From Candidatus Hydrogenedentota bacterium (GTDB lineage: Bacteria; Hydrogenedentota; Hydrogenedentia; Hydrogenedentales; SLHB01): a DNA stretch of 64,000 nt. This document shows positions 61,661-64,000 of the stretch, piece after piece (the first letter of the stretch is position 1; each line of letters opens with the position of its first letter). The notes under the pieces were generated by a model that did no database searches, was not told the origin of the DNA, and saw only the letters and a list, made by a program, of their open reading frames with translations. The position numbers and the translations under genes were made by a program. The stretch spans positions 192,001 through 256,000 of the forward strand of contig BTWA01000003.1 in the NCBI GenBank assembly GCA_045863295.1, given 5' to 3'.

Positions 61661-63190
61661 GTGACGCGGAAACTTGCGCAGTGTTGCATGGTACTTTCCC
61701 TTTCGATGGCTGCCGCGTGGGCGCAATCGGACCTGGATCGGCTTACTCTCCTTCAGCCGTTTAAGCCGCAGCGAGCGAGCAGCGCCAACCCCGATATCGC
61801 AAAGAATGGCGATGCGCGGCCCATTCCGGCAGGCGAAACGCTTGTGCTGGCGGATCTGGAAGGACCGGGAGTTGTAAACCATGTCTGGTGCACGATAGGG
61901 ACGCCGGATCCGTTTCACGGCCGGACCCACGTGCTGCGTGTGTATTACGACGGCAACGAACGGCCCAGCGTCGAGGCGCCTCTGGGCGATTTCTTCGGCG
62001 TGGGCCACGGCGCCATGGTGGACTACACGTCGGCGGTGACCTCGGTGTCGAGTTTTGGAAGGTCGCGGAGTTCATACTGGCGGATGCCGTTTCAGAGCCG
62101 CATTAAAATAACGGTCACCAACGAGTCGTCAACGTACAGCACCGATTCGTTTTATTTTTATGTGGACTGGGAAAAGTACGAGAGATTGCCGGAAGACGCG
62201 CTCTATTTTCATGCCCAGTACCGTCAGCAAAATCCCACTACGCCGGACGATTTCATTGTGCTTGAGACGACGGGCAAAGGGCACTTCGCGGGGATGGTGT
62301 ATTCCGCGCATCAGGCCGAGATTGGCTGGTTTGGCGAGGGCGACGATCGGTTCTATATTGACGGTGAAGAAACGCCCAGCCTTATGGGCACGGGCACGGA
62401 AGACTATTTCAATGACGCGTGGGGATTTCGCAAGTTCAACACGCCCTATTATGGCGTGTCCCTTTGGGAGGGGTACGCGGCGGGCGATCGCGTGACAGCG
62501 TACCGTTGGCATGTACCCGATCCCATTCCTTTCACGAAATCGATCAAGGTGGCCATGGAGACACGCGGCAGCGTGTTCTCGCGTACTGGTGAGTTTTACG
62601 GGCAATTCCTTCACCGGCGCGACTTCATCAGTTCTGTGGCGTATTGGTACCAGTGGCCCGCGAAACATATTGAGGGGTCGATGCCGCCGGTCGCGGATCG
62701 GGTGCCGCCCTATACCGTGCTCCCGGTGGGCGCGTTGACCGTGAAGGCAAAGCCGGATTCAGGGATTATGAAGGATGAGTCCCAAGTGCTGTATATGCCG
62801 GCAAAGGCGGGGAGCGCGGTCACGTTTGAATTCACCGTGCCCGCGAGCGGCCGGTATCAGGTGAATGCCGTGATGAATTACGGATTTCGCGGAGGCGTCT
62901 TCGAGGCCAAAATTAACGACACCCCCGTTGGCGGTCCCTTCGACTTTTACGAGGATGGCGCGGACCCGGTGTGGACTCGGTTCGACACGCATGCGCTGGA
63001 AGCAGGCGAATCGCATACCCTGACATTTACTTCGGTCGGTCCGTCACCTCGAGCACGGGCAGGCATGCCCTCCGCCCAGGGCTTAGGCATGGTCTACCTC
63101 GTGCTATTACGCCTCGAGGATCTGCCAGGCTACGAAGTGACATTAAAGGAAGAACAGGCGAAACGCGCCAGTGCCGCGCCAAAGCAATAG
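61661..63190 (+). CDS. DUF2961 / GH172 family glycoside hydrolase, secreted
   Basis: GPGVVNHVW, PLGDFFG, MPF, WFGEGDD, GTGTEDYF, YRWH..DPI.F, SSVAYWYQ. Confidence 0.9.
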   Translation: MTRKLAQCCMVLSLSMAAAWAQSDLDRLTLLQPFKPQRASSANPDIAKNGDARPIPAGETLVLADLEGPGVVNHVWCTIGTPDPFHGRTHVLRVYYDGNERPSVEAPLGDFFGVGHGAMVDYTSAVTSVSSFGRSRSSYWRMPFQSRIKITVTNESSTYSTDSFYFYVDWEKYERLPEDALYFHAQYRQQNPTTPDDFIVLETTGKGHFAGMVYSAHQAEIGWFGEGDDRFYIDGEETPSLMGTGTEDYFNDAWGFRKFNTPYYGVSLWEGYAAGDRVTAYRWHVPDPIPFTKSIKVAMETRGSVFSRTGEFYGQFLHRRDFISSVAYWYQWPAKHIEGSMPPVADRVPPYTVLPVGALTVKAKPDSGIMKDESQVLYMPAKAGSAVTFEFTVPASGRYQVNAVMNYGFRGGVFEAKINDTPVGGPFDFYEDGADPVWTRFDTHALEAGESHTLTFTSVGPSPRARAGMPSAQGLGMVYLVLLRLEDLPGYEVTLKEEQAKRASAAPKQ

Positions 63191-63206
63191 TATGTCCGTG
63201 CCTCAG

Positions 63207-63776
63207 CTATGGCGCGATCGTTGATGCGATGTCGACCAGCCGTGTCAGCTCCGCAAATACAGCGCGTTTTCCCGGATCCGCATTGTAGAGCGCGGCGACC
63301 TTCTCGCGTGCGGCCGCCATGTTGCCGCTGGCCTTGCCCCGGGCAATGAGTTCGCGGCATGCGTCAGGCATGGGACCCCAGTTGCCGCATTCGACAAACT
63401 TATCGTTAAGGAACACAAATTTGGGAATGGCCTCTCCCCCGTTGGTAAGGAACCGGGCAAACACTTCCTTGTGTTGCATTCGCGTGACAAACCGGACCAG
63501 CAAGTTGTCCGATTCGTCGGCCATACGCGCCAGCACGGGCACATGGCGCACCACGTCGCCGCACCAATCTTCGGCGATGGCGACGACATGAACCGGACGC
63601 GGCATGGCGTTCAGCACGCCCAAAATGATGGGATCGAGGGTCAAGGCACGGCGGTTTTCGTCCATGGCGTTGGCATGGTTCACGTTTTCCGCGGCAGCGA
63701 GCCAGGCTTCGTAAGGTTGGCCCGAATGGAACACGGCTCTCCAGTCAATCGTGGGCAAGATGGGCGGACGCGGCAT
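63207..63776 (-). CDS. Thioredoxin-like protein (single-Cys WCGD type)
   Basis: AEDWCGD, TNGGEAIP, WGP.P. Confidence 0.85.
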   Translation of the reverse strand: MPRPPILPTIDWRAVFHSGQPYEAWLAAAENVNHANAMDENRRALTLDPIILGVLNAMPRPVHVVAIAEDWCGDVVRHVPVLARMADESDNLLVRFVTRMQHKEVFARFLTNGGEAIPKFVFLNDKFVECGNWGPMPDACRELIARGKASGNMAAAREKVAALYNADPGKRAVFAELTRLVDIASTIAP

Positions 63777-63946
63777 GGAACGGCTTCTCCTCGTCGATGT
63801 GCAGTCTTGGCGGCTTTCGCGCTGTTCGTATCAATTCCAAGTAACGCTGCGACTCCGGCGAATTCTTCCCGCGGTGGAAATCTTGATTGGATGACCGGTA
63901 CCATCTTGGATTGGCGGAAGGCAACGAATTAACACGGGGGCCCATC

Positions 63947-64000
63947 ATGTTTTCCCTAGCGGCGTTTTTTATCACTGTGGCGGCGGCAGCGCCGAAAGAC
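63947..64000 (+). CDS. N-terminus of a probable secreted protein, partial
   Basis: ATG after GGGGG; MFSLAAFFITVAAAAPKD is signal-like and open to the window end. Confidence 0.45.
   Translation, partial: MFSLAAFFITVAAAAPKD

Overview
GC-rich bacterial chromosomal window. The DUF1559 prepilin-like proteins carrying the 'EGIERFxITxIN' motif, a PVC-type heme dehydrogenase and many secreted sugar-active enzymes suggest Candidatus Hydrogenedentota or a PVC-like lineage (inference). It holds about 55 CDS: core genes (ilvD, pepF, yhaM-like, yqeY-like), carbohydrate and envelope enzymes, three type IV pilin-like proteins, one tRNA and many decayed toxin-antitoxin fragments. At least five hairpin (REP-like) repeat families sit in the intergenic spaces. 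No transposase, integrase, rRNA or CRISPR-cas was seen. Best leads: (1) a two-gene PspA/IM30 (ESCRT-III superfamily) plus AAA+ ATPase operon bracketed by oppositely oriented repeat arrays; (2) a tRNA-Leu with the rare bacterial AAG anticodon, followed by a 33-aa Leu-rich amphipathic peptide gene that the ORF track misses; (3) an Hsp100/Clp ATPase lacking both the IGF loop and the ClpB M-domain, coupled to a membrane-anchored degenerate FHA protein; (4) a GxxExxY nuclease-fold gene framed by inverted repeats inside a sugar operon. Product calls come from motif recognition by eye, with no database searches, and several start codons were re-chosen from RBS context.
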